The notes beneath the pieces were generated by a model. The model ran no database searches. It worked only from the letters and a program-made list of their open reading frames with translations, and was not told the DNA's origin. Below are positions 37,063 through 50,179 of a stretch of 64,000 nucleotides of DNA, piece after piece; within the stretch, counting starts at the first letter, position 1; each line of letters opens with the position of its first letter. This DNA comes from Oikopleura dioica. Lineage: Eukaryota > Animalia > Chordata. Position numbers and translations under genes: made by a program. Location: assembly GCA_907165135.1 (NCBI GenBank), contig OU015567.1, forward strand, positions 5,208,001 to 5,272,000. Direction: 5' to 3'.

Positions 37063-37765
37063 ATGGTGGCGAATGATTATCAGTACATTTTGGAAAACAT
37101 GCAGAAGGAGCTTGAAACTCAGGCGGAAAAGGTCGGAGAATTGACGAAGGAACGAGACAACGCGGGGAAGAAAATCGGAGCGTTGGAGGCTCAGCTCAGC
37201 GAGACGAAGGTTGTTTTGGATGAACTAGGTAAGTCCTGAGCGGGAGACGCAGGCCTGTGTAAGAGACCTGAGTCAGGGTCCTGAAAGAAGCTCATAGAGC
37301 ATCTGCATTTTCATAGTCCTGACTCAGGTTATTTCGGGTTGCCGACCTCTTGACACGGATTTAGCAGACTTTCGATAATCAATTTTAAACTTGCCCGTTT
37401 TTCCCTGTGTTTAATCTTGTTTCTAGAGCTGATCGGTGATGATGCGACAATCTACAAGCTCTTGGGCCCGGTCTTGGTCAAGCAAGAGCGCGAACTCGCC
37501 CTGGCGACGATCAAGAATCGAAAATCCCACATGGAAACTGAGCTCAAACGGTACAACCTTTTCCTTCTCTTTTCAACTAAATATCCCCTTTAGTTGCTCG
37601 CAAACGGTAAACGATGTTAGCAAGAAAATCGCCAAAGAACAAGATAATCTCAGGTAAAATTCAAGAGCGCTTTCATTTCCTCCATTTCAACATGAATTTA
37701 CAAGGGACCTCCACATGAAAAGCCAACACGTCAAACAAGCGCTCATGGGTGCTCCTCAACAGTAG
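37063..37765 (+). CDS. PFDN6: Prefoldin subunit 6
   Basis: LEAQLSETKVVLDEL and IYKLLGPVLVKQE. Four exons with GT-AG introns. Confidence 0.93.
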
Positions 37766-40660
37766 GAAGAGTTGAACCACTTTTTGAACCACCAATTTGG
37801 AACCAAAAATGGAACCATCCCGATTTTGCCTAACTATTATTTACCAACACATGTTTTGACCGCCTAAATCCTTCTAGAGCTCACCAAGATGATACAACTG
37901 TAATTTACTGTAAGCTTCAATTATGATGATTACTGTAATAAACAAGCCTAAATACTTCACAAAAATGATCGAATCCCAACCCAAGATTCGTGAAGGGAAT
38001 CGAGGTTGGTCCATTTTTCTGTTGTTGTTTTCCCGTTATCACGAAAGGCCCTTTATGATTCATATTTTTCTTTCCTAAGGGTCTACCTTAGGGTATTAAG
38101 AGGTTGAATTGTCCATTAATTAGCGGTCATCAGAGTGGAGTACAGTTAGCTTTCGGGAATAGGCGATTAGGAAAGAAACTTAAGGGATTCACTCCCTTAA
38201 TCGATAATGAGCACTTCGGATGTAGTTTTTGGGCGGATACCCTTATTTCTATGTAGATATTTTTAGGCCTTATTGTATTAGTATTAATTTCGCGATATTT
38301 TTTTCACATCGATTTTCCGCGAAAAGACGCGGTTCGTCGCATTCTCGCGAGATTCTTCTTTTATTCCGCCACACGTCGGAAATATTCGACTTTGAGGGCG
38401 GTTTTGTGGGAGCCAGGAAAACGGTTTAAGATTTCGCAAAGTACCGCAGTTACGCTCTAATTGCGTTGCGCGAAAATTTCCAGTGAACGAATTTCCAACG
38501 CGCGTAATTTCGGAATCGCCAGCTCGAAAAATTGCAGGTTTCAGGGTTTTAGATGGACGGAAGCTCGTGGCTTTATCTTCACTTTTATATCGTAAGGTTC
38601 AGGAAATTATATAGAAGTGAAGAAATTAAGGATATCTACGTTTTTTCTAAATGAACACTTGCCCTGTGCTTCTAGCTCAGTTCCTGTGAACTATGATCAG
38701 TGTCAGGATTCCTGACTCAGAAAAATTTCATAAAAGCCTTAATTTTGATCAGAAACACAGGTTGTGCTCCTGCGTAGAAAACCTGAGTCAGGGTCTGAAA
38801 GTAAAAAAAGTCTCTTTCAAACCCTGACTCAGGTTTTTCACGCAGTTTGCTCCGCACCAAATTTACTCCAGACATAGTTGTCGAGAATGGTCCTTTTCTG
38901 ACTCATGCCGACCAACAGAACCCACAAATTCTAGTGCACATTTAAAGAAAAACCACGAAAAGGAAGAATGTTATTGTCAAGAACAAGACGCACGGAATGT
39001 CCAATAAAGCGAATGGCTAACCACTAGAATCCGTTGCCAGTTTAGAACATATTCTCCCAGATCACTACAATTACTCTGAGAGCTTCAAGCTGCTCTTACT
39101 TGAAGGAATTTATAAGATGGGCTTTCCATCGAAGTTCAAATTTAACTCAACTTCTGGACATCTCAGCTCAGCTTTCTGGGAGTTGGTTTTCCTTAGGGTC
39201 GATCCCTGATCTTCACAGAAACAGGTTTCAAGTCAGGTCCTGACTCAGGACCCTGAGCTGGGAATACAGGTCTTCCACCAAGAAAAAGAATAATTTTGTC
39301 GTCAAACTCAGGTTAGGAGCTCAAAAAACAGGATACAGACCCTGACTCAGGTTTTTACACAGGATTTCGAAGAGCTTATGAATCGAATTTTCAGCTTTGT
39401 AAAGAATTTATTTACAGTAATTTTCAAAATTTTCACTATTTTTCTCATTTTTTTGCATATTTTCAATGGCAGGGGGTGTGATCCTTCATCGACGAAATCT
39501 TCCTGCCAGCGATTCGAATCATCTTCGCGCTCCAGCGTTCATTTACGCACATGTACGAACTGTGCTCGTAATGCTCCTTTTTGTAGGAAAAGCCGTCGTT
39601 GCAGAGAAACTGAAAATAGATAAAAATAGATTTCGATGAATTAATTAGTCAGATTCACGTAACAACGAGCGCAAAGATCAACAGAAATGAGCGGGTTGTT
39701 TGTGTTGGAGTCGTTTTGGGTGAAAACGCGCGAATTAAAAGAAAATGAAATTGTTCTGTTGATGAATTAAATAAACTATCGAATAAGCATCTTTCTGTTT
39801 GAATCATTTAACGCTTGAACGCACGTTTGAAAAGTTTCGCTGAACGCATATTGCGCAGATTTCTGCGCAGTGCCTTTGAAGGGTTCTAGCCTCGACTTTT
39901 TAAAAGATTTAAGAATATTGAAGATACCTAATTAAAGCTGAGACGCTTGGCGACAAGAAAAATATAGTTTTGAGTCCTAACCCTAACCTGAACCTAGCTA
40001 GAACAGGTGATTTCGAGTATTGCCCAAAAATATGCCATTTTTTCAAGTTTGATCGAATCAAATGCAAAAGAAGGTATTATTTTAAGAATAAGTCGTCATT
40101 TTGATCGTTTTTAGAGGTTAGCTTTTACTGAAATTTTAATAAACCATGAAAAAATAACTGATCTCGTCAAAAAGAGTCAGTTTACTTGTAAAATTTTGAG
40201 GATTTGAACTCGACGGAAATTTTCGCTCTGAAGCCAAAATTTTAACCCGAGGTAAAAAAATTTTTTTGATGTCAGATTCAGATTCCTCATCGAAAACGAG
40301 TCTGAAAAGTGGGGGTCATTTTAAATTTTGATCATGTAAAGTTTGAGTTATCGAGCTTCGAAGGTGCTCTGCGCAGAAATCTGCGCAATATGCGTTCAAG
40401 CGTTAACAAGGTGGCAATTAAGGAGCTACCCTTGATGATGATGGTGATTAAATTAACTTTTTATAGACATGCTTAGTTCGGACTTGAGAGTCCTAACTAG
40501 ACAAAGACACGAATAGACAGGACTTGACCTATTTATTAATGTCTAGAATTGTCGATCAGACTTCAAAAGAGGGGCCCAAGATTGTCAATTTGCTTTTGAG
40601 TTGAAAGTTGACAATCATGGGCCCCTTTTTTCGAACTTCGATCGACAATTTTTTATTTAA

Positions 40661-40722
40661 GGGATTCCCCCCTCCCTTCCGAAAATTTTTACGAAAATTT
40701 ATTTGTTGGGGGGGGGGATCCC
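40661..40722. mobile_element. 62-bp TTAA-flanked mini-element (GGGAT...ATCCC)
   Basis: TTAA|GGGATTCCCCCC ... GGGGGGGATCCC|TTAA; same ends as 47371-48059. Confidence 0.55.
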
Positions 40723-42522
40723 TTAAGACAAGCCAACTCTTTTTTGTGTTTTCGAAATTAGAAATTCGAATTCGTAGCGAGATGCAGGGGCGCTAATCTA
40801 ATTTTCCGACGTAACTTTATACTCAAGTATTCCTCAAGTAAAGTTATCAGCGCGGCCCGTGTTCATTCAAAACTCGCGGAAAAGTCATTAGACCCTGGTC
40901 CACTAGCCAGCGCGCCGCTCGTTATTATTGACCAGAAAACGCTTATCCTTTTTAGAAAAATAAAGATAGTTTTGGTTTAGCTCTAAACTTGACTTCAAAC
41001 AAGCTGATTTCAACTAATTGCTTCGCATTTTTTCTATAACAGTTTTTCATTGTTTTTATTAATCAAAAGACCATGAAGAGATAATTGTTGGATTTTAATT
41101 GTTCGCTTATTTTCGCTACAATAATTTTCATAACTCACGTTTCTTTCCTTTATTAGATTCATTAGCCTCTAACAGTCTGCCTGACAAAGTGGCCATCAAC
41201 ATTGTTATCCAACGAAATTAAGGGCATCCACGTTATTTTCTGATGACAAAAAAGCAAACAATTTAAAGGTCTGTATTTCCTAAATATAATTTATTTGACG
41301 ATTTGAGTATCAAAACTTAAGGGTATCCCTAAGCTTATCAATTTTTGCCCTAGAACTCTTTCTTAGGCACATTTTGATATCAAAATCTTATGGACCCCTG
41401 AGGGTTTTTAACGAGAAAATGCTGTTTGAAATTAAGGGTGTGACAAACATATGAAAAAAAATTTTTTTTGATAATGAAATTTGTCACTTGATGATGATGA
41501 TGAAGTTTTGCTCAAAAACTCATCGGAGGTTTAATAACTATTTTAACGTTAGTAGAATCCTAAATCGATCAATGTCACGACTTCCTTGGCTGTTTTGAAC
41601 ACCAACAGACTCTGCTCCTCTATTATCGACTAGTAACCAAATGGTGTCATAGCATTAATCTCTGCAGAAACAAATTTACCTGGAGAATTAATCAAAAATA
41701 TTTAATGTTATCAACAATGTTATTAACTAAGTTACAAGTTACAAGATTGTTCCGGGGCCCCTTAAAAGTATCCACTTTTGGTACACTCAAAACACGCGCT
41801 CTAAATAGTCCTGTGTTTAAAACTTACGAGGAGTGCCACTTCAAAAATGACGTATTAACCCCTTAACTTCCAATAGCCATTACTTGTAATTGTTGATAAT
41901 TGAGTAATTAAGGAAAATCATCATTTTTGCTTTGTGTCAATTTTGGGGAAACATGAAATAATGGTCTTTTTATCCAAAACAACGAACCGAAAAACGTGGT
42001 TCCAAAAATGTGATGCGAAACCAACTGGAGCGGATAAGACAGTTTATTAAAGTCTGGCAAAGTGCTGAATATGGAAATTTGAAAATTTGTCTTTTTGAAA
42101 ATTCCGTTGTTTGATAGAAAATAAGCGATCGGGTGATTTTCGGCGCTCAGACCTCGGATTATCCCGCGTTTGTTTCAAAATCTTTTAAACAGCTCTCACT
42201 TTTGCTTTAAGAATTAAGGGTGTCGCTCTGTTATTCATTATTCAAAGAGTTACCAAAAATTGAATTAAAAAATCGAGAAATTTGCGATTTTTTTCCAGAA
42301 ATCTGATTGGCCTACCAGCAAAATTCGAACATTTGATTGATCACAATTTTGAGTCGAATTTTTGTGAAAATTGTCGCGTTTTTCGTCGATTTGTGCTCCC
42401 TAACAAGCCGAAAAACGGGATTTTTGATGGGAAAGAAATTCAATTTTTGACAGTTTTTATTCTTTACTGAATAATTACTGAATCAAAGCCAGATTAATTC
42501 ACTTCATCGTTAGTTATTCACT

Positions 42523-45300
42523 TCACAGAACAGGCTCTGGAATCATTCTTTTCCGATTTACCTTGCATTGGCAGCCAATATCGACGTGCCCCCCACTTGT
42601 GTCGCATTTCTTCCCGTCCCCATCGATGCAGTACAAGCTAAAATTTTCACCTTCTAAATGGCCTACCTCGCATTTGTCCACTCTCTTGTGGCACATTTGC
42701 GCCGCGCCGAGATGCTTGAGCCGCTCGTCGTCCAGACCAAAGGAATTTTCCAACACCCATCTTCTACTCAGCCCGCAGCAGGCTTTGTGAATAACGCCGC
42801 GACAAACGACCGAAGTGTTTTGAAGATTTTTTCGTCGCTCGAACTTTTTTAAAAGGCTCAAAAAAGGGTCTTAACTTAAGGGCGTACACATCGATATTCC
42901 GAAAATTATTTTTTAACGAATAAATAGGGATTAAAGGCTCGAAAACCTGCGTAAAAACCTGTGTCAGGGTTCTGAAAAATCTAAAAAGAAAAGCCGCGTA
43001 GCGGCTTTTTTTAAAAACGAAGCCGCAAAGCGGCTTCGCCAGAATAACCTTATCAATCTTAATCTTGAAGAAAAAAACCTGACTCAGATCTTCTACACAG
43101 GTGGTAGATATCAAGAATCAGATTTCTTGTCAGGGTTTTCCCAGATTTTCAACATAGTGACCCCCTTATTTTCTCTGCTAAAAATTAACTTCAGGCAGTT
43201 ATCTATTTCCTATGGAAGCCAAAAATTTAGATTTCTTGATATTTCGAGTTGCTAAAATGCAAATCTGGCACCTCCGATTCTTGCCAAAATGATCATTTTT
43301 GGAAAGTAAGCGATCTTTGACGAAAAATTTTGCTAAAATTTTTTTTGAAATTCGAAATTTCGGCCTCCATAGGAAATAGAGTAAGGTCTAAAGTTTTTGT
43401 TTCGAAAGTAAAATAAGGGTGTTACTATTTAAACTTTGGCAGAAAAGTCTGACAGAACATGGCGATTCTTGATATCTACCTCCTAAAAGAGCCTACTTTT
43501 TGAGCTAGGCATTAGGATAATGACCGAAGAAAGATGTGGTGAGTCAATATTGACATGAAGATAGCGATGTTTTTCAAAAAACATAAAGTGACAAAAAGTG
43601 AGCTCATTCTTTCCTGGAACAGATAAGCTAGCCCCGAATACAAGTATCCCAAAATCCTGTCACACTGTGCTACGCCCTTAGATAAGTCTTTCGGCAAGTC
43701 TAGATATTACGCTTGAGACACCCTTAATTCAAGAATCGTGGGAAAGAAGCGTCATTTCTGGTCAAAATTCAAAAAAAAGATGAAATTAATTATTGACGAT
43801 CTTCGTAAAAATAAGGATGGAGCTGTCTAAATCACGGAATTAGCATAAAATCTGATGTACTGGTGAGCCATGCCTGGTCCTCATCGAGACACGTGTATGT
43901 TAGTCGACATCTTGGACCTTCGCAATCTTGGAACTCGTAGCGGACCTGAATTTTTGATGATGATTTTTCAAATTCGAAGCAGTTTTTTAATGAAAAATTT
44001 GAAAAATATTTTTTTAATTTCAATCTTATTTTCGAGAAAAAAGATCGAAGTCTATTTAAATTTCTTGCTGGGAGTTTTCGACCAATTAGAGGCCAGTATA
44101 GTTTTTGAACTAAAAATTTTATTGGCTCTTGGAAACAATACGAGCCTCTGATTGGTCGAAAACCCCCGTAAATTCTCGATTTTAAAGCATGTTTTCTTTT
44201 TTTAAAAATAGGCTGACAGTACTTGATAAGGATCAAGAAATTTCTGTTTATGTTATTAACCATCTTGAAAAAGCATATTGTCGTAACAGTTAGAAAAATA
44301 ACTGTTTCTGTCAAAATAAACTTGTTTTGCGAACTTCAACTGAGATCCCAATTTGTAATTTCTTAATTTGGTAAACAGTTATTATCGTTATTTGCATAAT
44401 ACTGTCCGAGCAAAGACGGAAAACGGAGATCTAAGAAGTTTTCCTTTGTAACAGTATTTACGAAAAACAAGCAGCGGTCGTTTCGAAAATAAGAACCGAA
44501 ACTTGTTGAATTTGGTAACTAACCTTTCCGTCATCAGAATTGACAGGCGTTGTTCCGCAGTTTTCGAAGCCAAGGTAGCCGGCTAGATGATCGATTCCCC
44601 CGCTGCCAAGTACTGTTACTGTCAGTGTTGGAAGAGCTACAATTTTCGGTTAAAACTGATAACATCTGTTCTAGTGAAAGCTCATCAATTCATTCTTCAT
44701 GATTTTTCTTCAATTCTAACAAAGTGACACCCTTATTTTTTCCATCTCAATGGGCCGTAGTTTTATCTTGAAAAATAGGGGTGTTACTGTGTTAAATAAT
44801 CAAAAAATATCTGAAGAAACATTCAATCAATTTCAACTTATCTCAACACACTATTTTTCGATAACTTAACAGAGTAACACCCTTATTTGTTTAGTAAAAC
44901 TAAGGCGCCTTAAGGGTGTCAACATTGATTTCGACAGTTCTTTGGGAAAGATGAAACTAATTATTCATTTCATCAGGCAGACCCTTAACCTATCGATGTT
45001 GAGACCCTTATGGTAAAAGAAAATAAGGGTGTCACTTTGTTGAATTCTCATGTTTAGACAAGGTTAAAGCCGGAGATTTCTTACTTTAATCAATAGACAA
45101 TTAAGTTCACATTTAATTATGAATCATAATTTATGATTCAATTAACCCATAAAAACTAGACTTTTCATTAACGTGGTCTCTCTGAAAGACCATTTATCCC
45201 TATTATGATTGTCCACTTACCGACTAATCCGCGCATTTGGTCACCCACGTGAGTCCACTTGAAGAAAGATGATGCAGCAGATGATGATTTTCGTCGTTTC
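42523..45300 (-). CDS. Hypothetical multi-exon cysteine-rich protein (5' end not found)
   Basis: Phase-compatible exons at about 45300-45222, 44635-44522, 43950-43860, 43698-43611 and 42836-42523. Confidence 0.55.
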
Positions 45301-46369
45301 CTGAAATGAATAATTTGAAAAAAGCGATTTCCTTAGCGCCGGATTTTGTAAAATTTTATGACAAAATGTGAGACACGTGATCAACGTGATTTTTGTTGAG
45401 TAAAGACATCGCTGGAACATGATAACGTAATCGATAATTGGAGGATAATCAGAGCGGTTTCATGTATTTTATGGTCGGTTAAAAATTTAGCGGGAGATAA
45501 ATTTGCTATCGGCTATCTTAATTGAGTCATCATTTGAATAGAACTCTAGGACAAGAGCTTCATTGCAAAGTAATTATCAGATGGAACAACTGAAAGTATT
45601 TGATTTCATGCCGATTTAAAATTTCTCTTGAGTTAACATAGTGATACCCTTAGTTAATTCTATCAAAAATAAGGGTTGTCTCTTAAGGATCAATCAATTA
45701 ATGGATAATTGATAAGGTTTTACTTAACTTCCACAGAAGAAAAATCCGGTTTTCTGTCCGAAGCATTAACAAAGTGAGCCCCTTATTTGACATCACATCC
45801 AAAATTTTTACCGTAAACCTTATTTAAATATGTCCAAACGTCTAGATCTTCAGAAAAACTTGATTCTTGAAGTAGAAACTTTCATTTTTTGAATGATTGA
45901 AGAATAAGGGTGTCACGATGTTAACCCTTCAAACAAAAATCGAGGAAGGAACGTCCGGGTCCTACGGTAACGGGAAAAACGTCAGCACTGATCCTTTAAA
46001 TTGCTTGATCCGGATAACATAACCTCGATTAACTACGAACGATCCCCACTTCTCAAAACAAAACACGAATTTAAAATTTCATGAAAACTTGAAAACATGA
46101 AATTTTATGTAAACAACTCAACTCCTCATTTACGGATCTACACGTGACCCCTTCAGTTGACGAAAAAAGCAAAGATTCTGGAATTGAAATGAAAGATTAT
46201 TTTAAGTAAGGGTATCCCTCCAATCTTCGTCCTGTGATAAGGGGATGAACTATTGTCGATGGGCAAATAAAGGTACTTGGGATTGTTAATTGCGCTCTTG
46301 ATAAATCTTCCGGGATTTTTAGATGATAAAAACTCTAACTTCCAAGATTGCAGTTTGTTAATTCTATTA

Positions 46370-46761
46370 CAGTTGGTTTCCAAATTTCCGGAGTCCAAAT
46401 TTCTGGACATTTTTCAGATTTTAAGGCATCTTAGTGGGACACTACAAAATCGACCATTGTCCAAATTTCCGGACTTTTTTTCAAAATTTTATTGATTAGC
46501 GATCATTTTCTCTAGAAGAGGAATCAATTAACGGTTAAATTAACTTCTTTTTGGGCGCAAGCTGAGCTTGTTCGCGAGGTTGAAGAAGAAGAGTAATAAC
46601 TTAGGGTGGTTTTTCTTTCATAATCTCTTTGTATTGACCCTGTACCAACGCTTTTTTAAGAATACTTGGTGGGACATAAAATTTTTTCCGGTGACCCAAA
46701 TTTCCGGACATTTTTTGGAAACCAGGGGACAAAATTAGTCCGGAAATTAGGAAACCAACTG
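46370..46761. mobile_element. Tc1/mariner-type MITE
   Basis: TA|CAGTTGGTTTCC...GGAAACCAACTG|TA, with internal AAATTTCCGGA repeats. Confidence 0.8.
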
Positions 46762-47370
46762 TATTTCTGCTCAAGTTGCTAAATTAAGGCGAAAATCGTG
46801 TACCAGACATAAAATTTTGCCAGAAATTTGAGTTTTTTTTTATAATAAACTCGGAAAAATCATGCATAACTGACAAAAAATAGACTGAATTCAGGTTTTT
46901 GGAGAAAAAATTAAGGGTATCACTATGATAGTATTATTCAAAGCTGAATCTCTCTTAAAATCAAGAACTTACTGTAAATTGTTAAATCTTCCTCGTTGTT
47001 TTCTTTTAATCTCTTTTGAATCAAAACTAAAATTTCTCAAAGACAAAAAGCTTTATTCTTCCATTCAATTTTTCGTCGACAAAATTCTTTGCTAAAAAAA
47101 ATTCCAAGCGCAAAATCGCGCCGCGCCGCTGTTTCTAGCACGCCTCTCGCGCGCCCTCTGAGTCTTCTTGACTTTGCTCCGTCTACTAGAATCTGCTTGG
47201 TTGGACTCTTTGTTTGTTTTGATCAAAAAATTCTAGCTTAGTTGTTCCCCTTTCGTACCGTCAAGTTTTATAAATAACCTTTTTCAATTGATAGACAAAC
47301 TGCGGATTTCGAGTGAATCTTGGAAAATTTCGGCACAAAAAAATGGTGAAATTTATAAAAAAAATATTAA

Positions 47371-48059
47371 GGGATCCCCCCCCCGATTTCGTCAACTTTG
47401 ACTTCGAACTACTTTTTTTAGGGGTGAGCTTTTTACAAGTATAAGGGCTCATTTTGAAGCCCTTTTCTTAATGAACAAACTCTAGTACAGAAATTAATTT
47501 TCATAAGGGGAAACACCTTGAAAAGACGGGCTGAAAACATTGATACTCGCGAAAACCCCCATTTTGGGCCATTTTCAAAATCGAACTTGTTTTTTCTGCT
47601 CTTAGATAGAGCCTTAAATCAATAACAACTGTCTTCCTTGATCCCTGATCTACAATCTCTAGTACAGGCATGTGATTCCGTCAAGGATTGTAGAATTTTT
47701 CTTAACAAGATGTTTTTTAACTGATTTTTGCCATTTTTTTGACTTTCTTTGCTCTCTAGCGCCTTTTGGTGGTTAGATATTTTATTAAATCTATTTTTTT
47801 CTAGTTCAGTTTTCTCTAAGCTTTCTAATGAGCATTTATTCATCTGATTATGTCGACTTTGAAAAGTCGAAAAAATTGCGAATTTTTTCTAAGTAAAATT
47901 TTTCGTTAAAATTAGCCATTTTCAAAGCTGTGTCACGGCTTACCACGTGACGGACTCCCTTTGACATAATATATGAAAATGATCGCCAGACAACGGAGAT
48001 TCCAAAAATATATCACATAAAAGCTCTCGATGATATTTTTCAAATCGGGAGGGGATCCC
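47371..48059. mobile_element. TTAA-flanked non-autonomous element (Kolobok-like ends)
   Basis: TTAA|GGGATCCCCCCCCCGATTT ... AAATCGGGAGGGGATCCC|TTAA. Confidence 0.7.
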
Positions 48060-48765
48060 TTAAGGGTATCACTTTGTTTAATCTTTTCTAAAAGCCCTTT
48101 TAAATATTATCATTGTCCGATCTGTTTATCTAGATTTTTAAGGGTATCACTTTGTTTTTTTCAAGAAAAAATAAGTTAAAAAGCTGTCTTTATCTTCTTC
48201 TTCGATATCGTCTGCTTGACCCAGTTATTAGCGTTCAGCAAACTGAAGCGCGGGAAATAAATTACTCGCTAATCAACTTTGGCAAACGAAAAAACCGCGT
48301 GGTTGAACTCTGAGACGTCGTATCTGGAGCATCTAAGAGAACTCTGAGACTTCGAAAATGTAAAATTATGCAACTTCTGACTTAGCCGCTCGGCCGCCGA
48401 CTGTTAAATTGGCGGTTCAAGCGAGATTTTCTAAAGCCTTCGAGATTTCATTATTTTTTTCTTGTTCCCAAAGTTCACCATTTTTTCTCCAGAAAAAAAA
48501 GTACTGTAGAAGGAACACTCGGACATCAATGGAATTAAGTGACTCAGTGAGTCAGAAACACGGGGATCAAATGTGGTCAAAATGCGGTGAAAAATGTCTG
48601 ATTCGTGCTCTACACGACAATTTTACATTTTCGCGAACATGACGTTGTTTCTTGTTATCCCCAGTACCCATTTTCTCAGTAGTTCTATTTTTAACACAGA
48701 ACTCGTAATTTTCAGAGAACTTCTATTGCCTCAACTTCAAGCAGAAGAAGCGAAAATATGGAAAG

Positions 48766-48992
48766 AACCAAAAAATGCAAGTTTTTTAAGATTACCAATA
48801 AGATTGCTATATTTGGCCTACCGTCCAATCAAAATCCTGATCCATAAAATCATTTCCATTAATCGGTTTAACCCAAAAATATAGGAAGAACCAAAAATGG
48901 AACTCATTTTATGAATCAGGGTTTTGATTGGCCGGTAAACCAAATGCAGCAATCTTATTGGTAATTCAAAAGTTCACTTCCATTTTTTGGTT
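48766..48992. repeat. Diverged foldback with CCAAT-rich arms
   Basis: AACCAAAAAATG...TTACCAATAAGATTGC is mirrored by GCAATCTTATTGGTAA...CATTTTTTGGTT. Confidence 0.65.
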
Positions 48993-49320
48993 TAGCGAAA
49001 AATATATAGTTTTATTGAATTAATTCGGTACCAAAAGATAAAACAAACTTCAAGTTTTGTGTTTGATGGTAAAGTTCCAAGTTTAAACATCAAACTGTCT
49101 ATCAATTTCGTTTTCTGAAGAAATCGGTAACAATGTTAATCTGTTTTGATCAGTCAACAAAACCGAATGGTTATGTCAAACATTTAACAATGTTAAATCA
49201 GAAGCATAATAATTAGAGATTTTAATTATTGCATAACTTCAGCTAGGGCTGCCCGTATCAGAATTTTTTCGTCCAAAATTTCACAAAAAATGGAAGATAA
49301 AGATGCAAGCGCTATTGACT

Positions 49321-49488
49321 GAGCTCGACAACCTGTGTAAAAACCTGAGTCAGGGTCTGACTTTCAGACTCTCAAAAATCTTGAATAAAAAGCCGCGTAG
49401 CGGCTTCTTTTCGCGGCTTTTTATTCAAGATTTTTGAGAGTCTGAAAGTCAGACCCTGACTCAGGTTTTTACACAGGTTGCTGAGCTC
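49321..49488. mobile_element. Near-perfect 168-bp palindrome, young CCTGACTCAGG-family copy
   Basis: 77-bp arms (49321-49397 and 49412-49488), 69 bp perfectly complementary, 14-nt loop. Confidence 0.9.
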
Positions 49489-50179
49489 AACCTACAAACC
49501 TGTCGATTCCTTAGAAATTATTGTAACCTCCAAGGTGAATTCGTCAGAAAAAAAATGTGTTTCTTTTTTCCATCTTTCTTGTAAAAAAGAACTGTCCGAC
49601 ACGAAAATGTGGATAGTTATCCGACCGCGAGCCTGTCAACTGGCGCTAGAATAAAATTCGTCTCTTGAAAAATAAAACATTTTGGAACGTGACACTCGTG
49701 GCGGTTTCAACCATGTTCTGAAAAGAAAACGTGACGCAAAAAATGTTTCTCAAAATTTTTCTCCACTAATAAGCGGCTGATGCTTTTTGACGAAAATGCG
49801 AAGTACCTTCTTGACGTGTCGCCTAAAACAGGATTGACGGAGTATCATCAGTCAATCTTGGATCATCCCTTTTTTCGCTGGCGATAGGAACGACTACCGT
49901 GGAGCTGAAAATGTCAGCGGCTCCAGAAATGTGACAAATTCTTTGATGCAATTTTTCACGGTCTTCTTTTCAAAGATCTTCAAAGAATAAAATATTTTCT
50001 GACCTACTTTTTTGGAAGTTCTATGTCAGATAATTCTTATCAGTGTCTAATAATTCCCGATAAAGTTCTGGTAGTCCACTTTATTCGTTTACTTCAGCTG
50101 GCTGTCCTCGAAATCAAATAGTACGAATGCGAGGAAATAAACACACGCGAACTTGGTATCGAGAATTTTCATTCAGATA

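Noticed and set aside
38890-39210. Coding-looking stretch among repeats
   Set aside because: The frames are interrupted by stops and no family is recognisable.
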